DNA of 58,000 nucleotides from Nemertoderma westbladi (GCA_032718475.1 JAUCBJ010002235.1:1-58000), one strand, 5' to 3'. Positions 1 to 12,000 are shown, counted from the first letter of the stretch. Translations and numbers: made by a program. The notes: generated by a model not told the origin, from the letters alone.

Positions 1-1902
1 ACTCGAGCCAGCGTCACTCTCTGACAGCCCCATCTGGGCCATTTTCAGTCTGCGCTTCTGTTTGGTTTGGTACTGAATAAGCCCCCCTAGGTGGGCATGT
101 AAACCATCCCGCACACGCTTCCCCTCCGCTGCTCTCTCCCGACTCTCCCGCGCGCTCTGCTCGGCCAAATCCCTCTCTCTCTCAACTATCTCCATTCGTT
201 TCGCCTCCCTTGCCACCTCACGCTCTTTACGTTCTGCCTCGCGCTCTTTTCGTTCTGCCTCGCACTCTTTACATTCACACTCCTCTCTCGCCTCACGCTC
301 TTCTTGTTCCTTCCTCCCTATTTCCTCACACTCCCTAAAGCTTCTTGCGGCTCTCTCGGCCCTCTCTCCGGTCTCTCTAGCCAGTTCCATTTCTTTCTCT
401 AATAGCACTCTCCCCTCCTCTAACTGTCTCTCTACTTCTCTCTGGTCTTGCGCTATCAGATCGAGATAACACGCCGCATTTATTTCCCTCACCCGTCTTT
501 CTTTTACGGAGGATGTAGCAGACTTATCGGTCTGTGACGGATTCCCTCCGCCTTCCCGTCCTACTAACCCCCCCCCCCTTTTTCCGGAACTTTTTCCGAC
601 CGACGAGACCGAATCCTCGGGGTTAACCTCGGATTCGCCCTCCTGCGGTGTCCTCCAACCCACTAATTTTATTCCCCGGGCATCGACTAAGTATGGCCCT
701 ACGTACACTACGCTAGGTTCCATACCCCTACATTCCCATAGTTCAAACAGTTCGGTGGCAACCCCTCTCGCTCTCTCGCTGGCTAGTTCTCCCTGCCCAA
801 AACGTTTTAGATAGTCAAAATGTTCGTTCGACTCACCTAGTCTTTTATTTAGGTTTACCTCGTCTATCTGGGCCCCCTCTTTGGCCTCCTTAAGTAGTTT
901 CCGGGTCGCGTTGTAGGCCCGCCGAAGTCGATCGCTGACCCCGACGTCCTCGTCGCCGACATCTCCTCCATCTCTCCGGGTCCGGCGTCGTGCCGGCGGC
1001 CCCACCGTCGCCGTTCCGGTGGGCCGTCCGTCGCCCTCGGCCTGTGGCTGGCCGGCGACACTGGCACGTCGACCGCCGTCGTGTGTCGACTCGTCTCTCT
1101 CTCCAACTCTCCAACTCTCCAACTCGTCCTCCAGTTGTAGACGGCTCCCCTCGCGTTGGATCACCGGGTCACCCGTTGGCGATGGGTCCGGTGTCGTGGG
1201 CCTATACCGTCGTGTCGCGGCCTCGCGGATCGTTAGATCGCCGTCCGGGGTCCGCGTCGGTGTCGTCTCTCCTAATCGGCTCATCGTAGCGTAGTCAGGC
1301 AGTAGTCGCTTCTAGTTACTGTGACGGGATCTACGGAAGATCCCGATTTATCCGGTTTGGTTTCTAGTTACGCGTCCCCACCGTGTGTGAAAGATATAAA
1401 GAGTTCTGGGTTGTTGATCGGTTGATGTATATATAGTTCGGGATATATATATAATAGAGATAATAGCACAAAATCGGTTGATGTATGATGTAATGTACCG
1501 GTATGTGATATGTACTGATGACGGTAGGCGGAGACGGTAACTAGAGTTCCGCTACTGTCCTAACTAGCTGACTTACTACAAGTGAATGAAATATTGCATG
1601 GACCGGTAATATATTGCACAGTTGGCCATATTGCTCTACCCAGTCGATGCTTCCCCCCTATTGGCTAATATCCTAATTGTCGCCCCTTTACCTTCCCTGG
1701 AGTGTTTCCCGTTACTCCTGTTATTCCCTCTCTCTCTCAGGGGTGTAACCCTCTGACCCCTTTGTGCGTATGTCCTCTGGGGTTTCCTTGTCCCCACTTT
1801 ATTGGGGTGGTACGAGGTTGATATTGGGTATCAACCTCGTGTTCCCAATATTGGTTAAAGCTCACTTTATGGGGCTGGTTAGCGGAATTGAATACGCTAA
1901 CA
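1..1902 (-). mobile_element. 5' part of a Gypsy-like LTR retrotransposon (5' LTR, leader, degenerate coiled-coil gag) nested in another Gypsy pol; runs off the left edge
   Basis: Minus strand starts TGTTAG at 1902, exactly where host RT homology begins. Putative LTR ~1384-1902 is followed by CGGTGGGGACGCG, possibly a decayed tRNA-Ala-type PBS. Minus strand 1-700 encodes gag-like peptides (EVNPEDSVSSVG; EAERKEREAERKERE) with frameshifts. Confidence 0.6.
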
Positions 1903-4034
1903 ACCTCGACGATATCCTCATCGCAAGTGCAACTCCCGAGGAACACCTCACCCATCTGAGTCAACTCTTCCAGTGGCTCCAAGACTACGGCCTTGTTGTC
2001 AACCTTGCGAAGTGCGTGTTCGGGGTGGCGGAAATCCAGTTCCTGGGCCACGTCATCAATGCACCAATCCACTCCCCGATAAGGTAGAAGCCATCCGCTC
2101 CTTCCCGCGTCCAACCACCACCAAAGGGTTGCGGGAGTTTATCGGTATGGTAACGTTTTACCACCGATTTATACCCGCAACTGCTGCCACACTGCAGCCA
2201 CTTTACGCCGCCGTCGCCACCAAGGCTAAGGATGTCGACGGGACTTCCCGAACTAGCCGCGTCCTTCGAGTCCTCCAAGCGGGCCCTCGCAAACGCCGCC
2301 ATGCTTGTCCACCCTCGCCACAATGCGCCGTCCTCCGTCACCACCGACGCATCAGACTCAGCTGTCGGCGCGGCACTAGAACAGTGGACCGATGGCAAGT
2401 GGCGGCCGCTTGCATTCTTCAGCCGACAACTTCGCCCTCCCGAACGGAAGTACAGCGCCTACGACCACGAACTCCTCGGCTTATACCTCGCGGTCCACCA
2501 CTTCCGTTATTTTCTCAAAGGCCGAACGTTTGTGGCCTACACGGACCATAAACACCTAACTCAGGCCTTCTCAAAGGTCACTGACCCCTGGTCCCCCCAT
2601 CAACAGCGCCACCTGGCGTACATCTCGGAATTCACCACTAATGTACGCCACGTAGACAGAAAGGACAACCAGGTCACAGACACCCTCTCTCGCAGCTTCG
2701 TGGGCCATCTGTCGACCCAACTCGGGGTCGACTATAAGGCCATGTCGGCCACGCAACGGGAGGTCGACGAACTCCAGGCCTTCCGGGCAAACCCTGGTAG
2801 CCTCGATCTACGTGATGTCACACTCGCGGATGATGACATCACGCTCCTCTGTGATGTCTCTACGGGCAAACCTCGGCCGATAGTCCCCAGCACGTGGCAC
2901 CGCCACATGTTCGATGTGGTCCATTCGCTGTCCCACCCATCAATCCGCTCCACTACGAAACTCCCCTCCGAGCGTTTCGTCTGGCACGGCCTGTCCAAAG
3001 AAGTGATGAGCTGGGCCATGGCTTGCATCGCCTGCCAGACCTTTAAAGTTCAACGCCATATAAAGGCCCCCCTCGAGACATTCCCTGTTCCTCGATGCTG
3101 GTTCGACCATGTCAACGTCGACCTGGTAGGACCCCTCCCTCCATCCAGAGGCTCCACCTACCTGTTTACGATCGTTGACCGGACTACTCATTGGCCCGAG
3201 GCCATCCTGCTCGCCGACTCCACAACCGAGAGCTGCGCCCGAGCTCTCGTCGCCCACTGGATCACCCGGTTCGGCATACCGGTTGAACTATCTTCCGACC
3301 GCAGCAGTCAGTTCACCTCGGAGTTGTGGGCCGACTTCAACAGACTCTTCGGCACCAAACTCCACCAGACGACGGCCTACCATCCGCAGGCAAATGGCCT
3401 GGTGGAATGGTTCCACCATTCCCTCAAGGCCTCCCTTAGAGCCCGACTAACTGGACCATACTGGGTCGACGAACTGCCATGGGCCCTTCTGGGCTACCGG
3501 ACCGCCCCCAAAGAGGACCTCCACTGCTCGTCGGCCGAGCTGGTCTACGGCGAGCCACTCACGGTGCATGGCGACTTCGTTGCCTCGCCAACTTTCCACA
3601 GCTTTCCTCCCGGGCCACCACAACCACGCAGGCAGTTCATTCCCACACCAACCTCCCGACATGGCCAACCCAACTCGTCAGTGTCGTCACAACTAACAAC
3701 CGGTGACTATGTCTTTTTACGCACTGACGCTCACCGCGCCCCCTTACAGAGGCCCTACACCGGGCCGTACAAGGTCGTACAGCGCGGCTCAAAGACATTC
3801 GTCATCGAGGTGGGCGGGCGTCAGGAGAACGTCTCCATCGACAGACTCAAACCGGCCCACCTCGCTATCGATGAACCCATCATTGTGGCCATCCCAGCGC
3901 GCCGTGGTCGACCACCTACAGTGACACCCCCGGACCTCCCTCCCCCCAGTCCTTGCAATTCACCCGAACCACCGCAAACTACCATAGCAACTCGAAGTGG
4001 GCGGGCCATCCGGCAGCCGGACTATTTTTATTAA
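1903..4034 (+). pseudogene. Ty3/Gypsy pol remnant (RT C-terminus, RNase H, integrase), frameshifted
   Basis: RT motifs (Y)LDDILIAS, KCVF and FLGH; RNase H motifs TDASD, YSAYDHELL and TDHK; integrase HSLSH..CIAC, VDLVGP, SDR and QANGLVE; GPY motif. Coding is split over three frames. Confidence 0.95.
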
Positions 4035-4055
4035 TTCAAGTTCTGGGGGGAGCCA

Positions 4056-4266
4056 TGTAGTGGCCATATATATATATTAGGGGTCATCGAACCGGAATTG
4101 AACTCAAGCTAACCAATAGGACTTACAATCGATCTGACAATCTGAGTACTGCAGTATGCACCTATCACTGTGCACTGTATCAGCTTTCTGCATGTCTTAT
4201 TATGTTTTACTTACTGCTGTACCGACTTATGTAAATATTAAACGTTGAGAGACTGCGCTCTCTACA
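4056..4266 (+). repeat. 3' LTR of the Gypsy element (211 bp), preceded by a polypurine tract
   Basis: TGTAG...CTACA termini; PPT GGGGGGAG at 4045-4052; ATTAAA near 4237. Confidence 0.85.
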
Positions 4267-5736
4267 GGCTCGAAATTAATTACCCTCATGTGCGAATTAC
4301 ATCTGTCTAAGTTAAAATTATCTTACTTCACACACAATGGATCTGTATTCGTTTGCACCGTGGAGAAATCGATACCAAAGAAGATATGTGCGGATTCTGA
4401 TGTTATTGTTGGAAGAGACGTACCTAATACCTGCAATATCCTACTGTAAAGTCTGTGAATCAAATCATAAATCCGACCTTCTCACCAAAACAGTAAACTC
4501 TAAGTAAGCAAAACTATTGCAGTATTAGTCTCTTATAACCGGTGAGGCAGAAAACAGTCTACGAATGGACAAACTTCGATAAAACAAAATCCCGCGCAGC
4601 GAATCCTAAAATCAGGCTGACTCACTGATGGACTAAAGGCGCTCGTATACTTTGCCGCGGTGTGATTTATATGGGTGTGGGTGAGAGATACGCTAGCTAA
4701 ATATTTAACTAGCGAGGACAAAGCGCAGTGCGGACTAAATTATTTTATATATTTTGAGGTGTAAATAATTTCTAACGCGTGTGTGTCTTGATTCTAACGG
4801 TCAAAATCAGTTTTAGATCCTTCATATATATAATTACTGGGTCCGGTGTACATTTTACAAATATTCTAATTTTGTAACTTGTAGGTCTAATACTCACGAA
4901 TGATAAGGCTCTTTCCCCTTTTGTGTATTTCCAGGACTAAAATTCAGGCATAAGGTTAATACTACGCCCAGAATTCGGCAATTTAATTTACCAGGTCCCT
5001 AATACTAAGAAGAAATGTGTTAGTTTACTACAGTAAGCGTACAGTTACAAATATCTGGCCTGGCTTCCTATCTAGAATTTTGGTTGCCTAGGTAGGCACG
5101 GCAACTTCCTATCAGAATGTCGGCGGGGACACGGTAGATGTTAGTATCCCTAATAGCCTCAATTTATATGCGCCTAGTGGTAAACTGCCCTACCGCCTGA
5201 ACGGTACAATCCTAATTCAGGTAAAAACACAGTAACCTTCTAGCCTACAAGTTCAATGCAAATAATGGACACCGTTGTACTACAAACAAGCCACCGACGC
5301 ACCTATACCTAGCAAGAGTTAGGCGTACAGCTTGCTGCACCCTACCAATGTGTATGCCTTGTACTGGTGTGCCTGTGTCTTATCTGTGTACTAGTATCGT
5401 TCTGCCTGCTCTCCCCCCGTAGGAATATGAAGGTCTACTGCGGGTTTTCCTGAATTAAAATAGTACAGTCGCTAAATGTAATTTTTAGCGCACAGCGTGT
5501 CAATACCTCTACCTTCGATCTTAGGTCTTACACTTAGGTAGCAAGGCATCGAACGCTGTCTAACCTTTCAGGCGATGGGCGAACAACCAAGAATAGAAAT
5601 TGCGGGTTGTCTCCTTCCTACATTCCTCCGATGTTCTCGTCTATTGCTGCGGCCCGCTGTCTAGCCTGCCATCTGTCCCTCAGTTGGGTTCACCGTGGTG
5701 AAGCATAGTAAAACAGATGTAACAAATACTTCTAAC

Positions 5737-5991
5737 TTTATTACAAAATTAAACGATAACTATTATACAATAAATGTAACAAGACGTAGTAAGAAGTGAA
5801 GTGAAATTTAAGAAGATTAAGATAACTAATGAACAAAATCGCACCTTTTATAGCAAATTTGTGCTGCTAACAATCTAGATAAATCTAGATTGTTCTATGA
5901 GTTCTACTAGGTTTTTAAAGATAATCATTGGTCCAGCAAACACGTATCTTGCACGACATTGGTTACTATCAAATAACTGCAATCACATTGG
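5737..5991 (-). promoter_or_regulatory. LTR Pol II promoter and poly(A) signal: three CCAAT boxes, TATAAAA (5846-5852), AATAAA (5737-5742)
   Basis: Motifs read on the minus strand. The same CCAAT x3 plus TATAAAA layout occurs in the E2 LTR (TATA 42760-42766). Confidence 0.6.
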
Positions 5992-6057
5992 TTAATCTAC
6001 CTTGAGCAAATGCAATTAAATCGTAGCGGTCAATTCAAATAAGTTGAAATTCAGCAC

Positions 6058-6140
6058 AAAAATAATTCGAACCTGCTAGGATTTGAACTCAATACCTACT
6101 AAACGAATTTCTAACGCTTAACCGACTGAGCTACTGAACC
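6058..6140 (-). ncRNA. tRNA-like Pol III cassette in LTR U3 (not a functional tRNA)
   Basis: A box TAGCTCAGTCGG (6122-6133), B box GTTCAAATCC (6079-6088), T5 terminator (6058-6062). Acceptor and anticodon stems are degenerate. Confidence 0.65.
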
Positions 6141-6719
6141 ACTTAAACAATGTTATACAAATAGATATAGTAAATACAAATGAGGACTTAATGTAATCTT
6201 TATAGCAAATTAATTCGAACAAAATAAAATTTTGAAAATCCACGGCATTTATGAGAATATAATTCTATACCGCTCCATGAAAACAGGATATTATCGTGCA
6301 TAAAATATACGGTTTTCACCAATACTAAATCAAATTATGGAATACTTGGGACGTACTTACATATTTACAAATTAAATCTTAACAATAATACCTTTACATA
6401 ATAATTCGATACAAAATAATTACAAATTCAAACTTTACGTATTTAAGGCTTTATTAAGTAAGTACAATATAAATCTAAATTAAATTCACCAATATAAATC
6501 TATTGAATGTACAAATGTACAAATGCTACTTAAATATAAAACAAATTACATAAGTTCGGAATAATTTCAAATAAATCACAAGAAAGGCTCACAAGTCTTC
6601 CGTCTGCTCTTGCCTTCTATTTAATGCGAATACAAGTACTGCTTCTTTATAAAATATAAATTGCATAATATTCGAAACAATAAATTGCGTAAGTTTGGAA
6701 TGACTACAAATATAACACT

Positions 6720-6925
6720 TTCTAAATATAAATTCCTTCTAAATATAAATTCCTTCGAAATATAAAACTTTCTAAAATTGGAACAATACAAAATACATAA
6801 AATTGGAACAATATAAATTGCATAAATTTAGAACAATATAAATTGCATAAATTTAGAACAATATAAATTGCATTTAGAACAATATAAATTGCATAAATTT
6901 AGAACAATATAAATTGCATAAAAAT
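6720..6925. repeat. AT-rich ~18-25-bp tandem repeats in the E1 3' UTR
   Basis: Repeated aatataaattgcataaatttagaac and variants. Confidence 0.8.
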
Positions 6926-7144
6926 TTAAACTTTAAATTTAATCATAAGAAAGGCTCACGAGTCTTCCGTCCACTCCTTCCTTCCCGCCTTACATAAGTT
7001 CTTACGAGTTCGGAATAATTAGTCCTTTTAAGTATAACACTTTATTCATCGTTTTGTGGATTGAGCATGGCCGCGTCCTCGAAAACTGCGTACAGGCGAC
7101 TTGGCTCGTACTACAGGACTTATGGGGCGAGTCACTGGTTTACC

Positions 7145-8388
7145 TTAGATGTTGGGAGATGGTGTGACCATTTCCTCACAAGCTCGCCTTCTAGTAATCC
7201 CAAATCCTCGTCCGACTCCTCGTGACCGACTGGTTGTATCCACGGTTGGCAAAACGTCTGGGAACGTGCGGGAAGCGGACGACGCAGACCCAAGAGAAAC
7301 TTGCGCCCCCCTTTGATCGACTGGTATGTGTCCTAATCCTCCTTGCGGTTCTCTGGGAAGTGACACCGTATCTCGAGTAACTCGAATAGTCGGTTCATAT
7401 CCCTTTCGTTCTTCAACATTTATAGTTTTCTTTAGTTGTTGGCTCACTTTCTGAACCCTTATGATCCTGTTCTGTCCGTCCTCCCGAGGGTGACGTGCAG
7501 ACGGCGCAACCGGAGTAGCTGGTATGTTGGTCGCCTCTAGGATCTCCTCTTCCTCGAATACGCTCGCTCGTATACGTTTGTGATAGAATGCGGCTCGGTA
7601 CGCCCATGCGACAGTTAACCAAGCTCCCTTATTTCGCTTTTCCGTTCGGAAACGATCAAATTCACCATATGTGATACGATTAAACATTTTGGGCAAAGTT
7701 TATACTTTCGAAAATTTCCGGTGTCATCTCCTTAGCTGAAGTTTGATCGTGTGACGTCCAATGGTAAGGTAGGCTCGCGAGTCTTCCGCCCCATTCTTCC
7801 ATCTCACCTTCCTCGAAAGCCTTATAGACTCTGTATAGGCTAAGAGCTTCTTTCTTTTCGCGGGTTGACTGAGTCACCTCGTCCAGCGTAAGTTCAAATG
7901 CATCGGGTTCAACAATTTTAGGTGGACAAACGACAATTTCTCCCGCCTTTGGTCCACACATAGCGAATGAATGATATGGATTCGATAAAGGATACCCTCC
8001 TTCCTGGTAGCGTAGTTGTTGATGGTTCGAACACCTCGCTAATATCGGTTCGGGATTTTCCTTATTCAAACGCATCGGAATCGCCTTTTTGTTGTTCGCG
8101 CATACAAGCACCACATTGATAATAAAGTTTATAAACTGAAAAGGCTTCCTTCGTTTCTCTATCATCTCCTCGAGTTCGTCTGTAAAGATGCATTCCATCG
8201 AATTCATCGCGTACCGCGGGCATAGGTTCATGTGCCTTCAGGTATTGCATGGTATGATACAAACGACTAATTTCGGTATCAGGGTCTTCACTGATATCTC
8301 CCGTATCACATAAAGCATCGTACGGATAAAGTTCATTGAAGGTTTTCGCTTTTATCCTTTGGGCTCCTCCCGATATCCCCTTTTCCAT
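7145..8388 (-). CDS. Accessory ORF of E1 downstream of pol (~413 aa after correcting two +1 frameshifts); unknown function, putative zinc-binding
   Basis: Three overlapping ORFs join by removing one base at the 8086-8090 homopolymer and one near 7695. The result has CGAC...CSNH, an internal repeat RETKEAFSVYKLY / REKKEALSLYRVY and an RG-rich tail. An upstream 3' splice site has ACTAAC (8446-8451), a pyrimidine tract and AG at 8420. Confidence 0.65.
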
Positions 8389-9044
8389 TATTGGAAGTAT
8401 GGTTACATAATCATTACTACTAGAGGGAATACAACAGAGTTTATTGTTAGTTGTGAGGAGATGTGAGAGTTTCCGTCTGCCCTTTGGGCTCGACAACGCT
8501 CTAACCTCCTACCCATAGCCTAAGATCTAGGGTTTCTTTAATGACACACTGTTTCTTATCTAAATTTTTTGCCGAAATAAAAACGATTTTGGGCTAAACT
8601 GGCTGTGAGTCTAAAATACTCACTTTTTGACGACTATTATCAGAAAATAAACAATCAAGAATTAGTAATAAATATAGGGAAGTCTATTTGTTGACATAAC
8701 TTTGAAACAAGACCGTGTAAAATTTTAATTTTAAAAAAGAAAGGCTCGCGAGTCTTCCATTCTCTTGTTTCTTTAATTTAAGTTCCACCCGACTGTACCC
8801 TGAAATCTATTCACTGGAGAAAATTTTAAAAAAATTTTCAAATCCAAATGGATTGTCTAAAATTTCGAAAATGTATCAATATTGTGAGTTTCAAGTAGAA
8901 TTCCATTTCTTATACCTACAAATCCCGCTCCTATGTGACACATAAGGGTACTACCCTCAATGTTCACATATAAAGACAATGGAATTCTACCGCTGTCTTT
9001 ACTACAGTGTACAGATACGTGGAAATCTATTTGTAAACTCCTTA

Positions 9045-12000
9045 CTATTTACTAACATTAGTTGGAGACTTGTAATCTCCAGACTTGTTTCGAGTCTCTT
9101 CAAGAAGTATGAGACGTTGAGTCGGTCTGTCTACTGTACGACCGTCAATTGTCCGTACCGTCACGGTTCTTGTCACTCCATCCATAGATGGATGTGTGTC
9201 TAAAATAACACCAGTTATCCAGAAGCGTCTTTTTAAATTCACTTCTGCTAACAGTACATGATCTCCCGGCTTTAAAGCGCGAGTATTGTTGTACCAAGTA
9301 GTTCTGGCAGAAATAGAGGGCAAATAATGATTTTGCCATATTTCCCAGAATTTGTTAGCCAGTAGTTGCGTGATTTTCCACGCTTTTCTACCATAGCTAT
9401 CGCCTTCTATTGGAATAGAAATAGGCATTAATGTAGTCGGTGCCTGCATTAGCAGGTGTGCAGGTGTTAAAGCAAACTGGGATTGTTTGTCATCGGGTAC
9501 TAATACTATTGGTCTAGTATTTAGTATTGCCTCGATTTCAACAAACAATGTTGTCAGTTGGTCGTCTGTCAAGATGTGGTTTACTGGAATTACTTTCGCC
9601 ATGGCTGTTTTTATAGATCTAATCAATCTCTCCCAGACTCCGCCTCTCCATGGACTATCTGGAGGATTAAACTTCCAAACAATTTTGTAAGGACGTAGTT
9701 CGTTTGAGATTTGATCATGATCTAATTTCTTAAAGGCTCTAGCAATTTCATTTCGAGCACCAACAAAGTTTGTACCTTGGTCTGAGTACAAGCATTTTAC
9801 TAGTCCGCGTCTAGCGATAAATCGCCGCAATGCTAGTATAAAGGCGTTGGTGGAAAGATCCATCACATGTTCAATATGAACTGCCCTACTGGACATGCAT
9901 GTGAAAATCAGTCCCCAGCGTTTTACTAGTATACGTCCACGTTTCGTATGTATGGGACCAAAGCAGTCAATTCCAGTCTCTGTGAAAGGTGGTCTGAATG
10001 CCTGTAGTCGTGCTTGTGGATGTTCACTCATTTCTTGGGTACTTATTCTAGAATGTACCTTTTTACAAATAATACACATGCGCGTCACCGAACTTAGCGC
10101 TTTACTGGGTCTAATTAATACAAATCTTGTACGTAAATAGGAAAGACAGTGGTGTCTTCCAGCGTGTTTCAGATGTAAATGTGCGTCCAGTATCATTGCA
10201 CGTTGTAATTCGTGATGTTGCGGTATTATTATTGGGTACCTAAAATCAGTATTAAAGTCGATGTTTTGAAGCCGAGATTTATAACAAATTAAGCCATTAT
10301 AAATTATCGGACTCCAACTCAATATTGGTGACGACTTGATTGGTTGACCTTGACTTATGGATGTGAATTCGCGTTCGAAATATCGCAATTGGTAATGGCG
10401 AATTAATTTAACTTCACATCTGTCAATTTCAGTCAATGTGAGTCGACGTGTAAAGTCGCGTTTGCCTTTAACGTATTGTACAAAACGTACAATCCACGCT
10501 AATTTTCGGCACGCATTTGTCCAAGAATCTGTCAGATTTACAATACGGTCGACGTAAGTATTTATGACGTCATCAGGTAAGTCAATGATGAATTTTGAAG
10601 GTTTTGTTTTACTAGATTGGCCCACGGGTCCGCCGGTAGGTATTCCCTTGTTGACTTTTGATCCGTCCGGGTCTACAAGTAATTTGTCCTTCTTTGTCTT
10701 CTTACCTTGATTGTCAGTATCTTGTGAGTCGATCCCAGGTTTCACCGTAGGTTGTAAGGTTGGTATGTCTCTTGAGCGTAAAGTAACACCTGTATTTACA
10801 TTTGCGTAGGTACTACCCACATCTGTAATACATGAGGTTTCACTGTACTTATGGTTACTCAAGGGTGTCAAGTTTGGTGGTTTGTCAATAGAAGGCCGCT
10901 CCAATAGGGAAACTGCGGCTTTACTATGTGTCACTACGTTACTAATGTCTGGTAGAACATCTTGTGAAATGTCTGGTAAAAAGTTTCGTGGAACATCCGG
11001 CGAAACGTCTAGTGACATGTCTGGCAAAATGTCTGGTTGACCGTCTGGTAACGTGTCTGGTTGACCGTCTGGCGATACGTCTGGTTGAGAAAGGCTCGCA
11101 AGTTTTCCTGTCTTAACTTTGTGAGTTATATTTTTCCATTTCGCCTTTGGTTTCTTCTTAAGTTTCGCCGTTGTCTTTTTCTTTGCTTTACCTTTCTTTG
11201 GTTTTTTAATTTCGGCGTCCTTAGGGATAGTGTTAGACTTGTTATCGTATAGTGGCGGCCAATGTTGTGTTGCTCTTTGTAAGAATTGTGGTCTGTGTTG
11301 CCAAAATTCCTTGTTTTCCGGTTTACAGAATTCCTCAGGCATCATTCCTCGCGACGCAATATCAGCTGGATTTTGTGGTCCGGGACAATGTCGCCAATCT
11401 TCCTTTATTGAACGGTCTAGAATTTCTGCACGATGGTTAGCTACAAATGTCTTAAATTCAAGTGTGTCATTGTTTATATAAAATAAAACTAACGTCGCGT
11501 CAGTCCAATAAAATATCTGTAAACTTGACTGTAGTTCAGTCTGTATAAGGTTTACAATTGTCGTTGACAGAGTTGCGGCTTGTAGCTCAGCGCGTGGTGT
11601 CGTCATGTACTTAGTAGGCATGGTCTTAGCCTTGGAAGTAATGAGCGAAACATCAAACTCATCTGAGTCTACTTGTCTGCGCAAATACGCTGTCACTCCA
11701 AAGCCGTTGTCACTGGCGTCGGAAAAACAATGTAATTCTAAGTTGTCAGGAAATGTCGTCTGTAATGGAAAATATACCCGGGGTATGGAATAATCTTCTA
11801 GTGAAGACAATTGCGCCTCCCAAGTTTTCCATAAGTCTACTTGTTCTGATGAGATCGGTTCGTCCCATGTCAGTCCATCTTTCCAGATACTGCGTATGTA
11901 TATTCTTGCTTGCAATATTATTGGGCTGATGAAACCTAATGGATTGAACAGTCTACTTAGTTTTGACAAGCAAGACCTCTTTGTCAGAGAATCTCCTTGA

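Larger units (their letters stand above)
4407..6269 (-). repeat. 3' LTR of E1 (1863 bp)
   Basis: Direct repeat of 19710-21435 plus 24309-24444. Sense strand begins TATAGAA and ends TTCCAACA. Confidence 0.95.

Noticed and set aside
4533-4721. 62-aa ORF repeated in both E1 LTRs
   Set aside because: Non-ATG start, duplicated only because the LTR is duplicated, and not conserved as an ORF in E2.
5100-5130. Hammerhead or HDV-like ribozyme in U5 (sense CUGAUAGG, GGCAAC)
   Set aside because: The core is not CUGANGA...GAAA, and I could not build the HDV nested pseudoknot in both families.
6058-6140. Functional tRNA gene
   Set aside because: Acceptor and anticodon stems do not pair well; only the A/B boxes and terminator are convincing.
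7145-8496. env gene
   Set aside because: No signal peptide, transmembrane helix or glycoprotein-like cysteine pattern.
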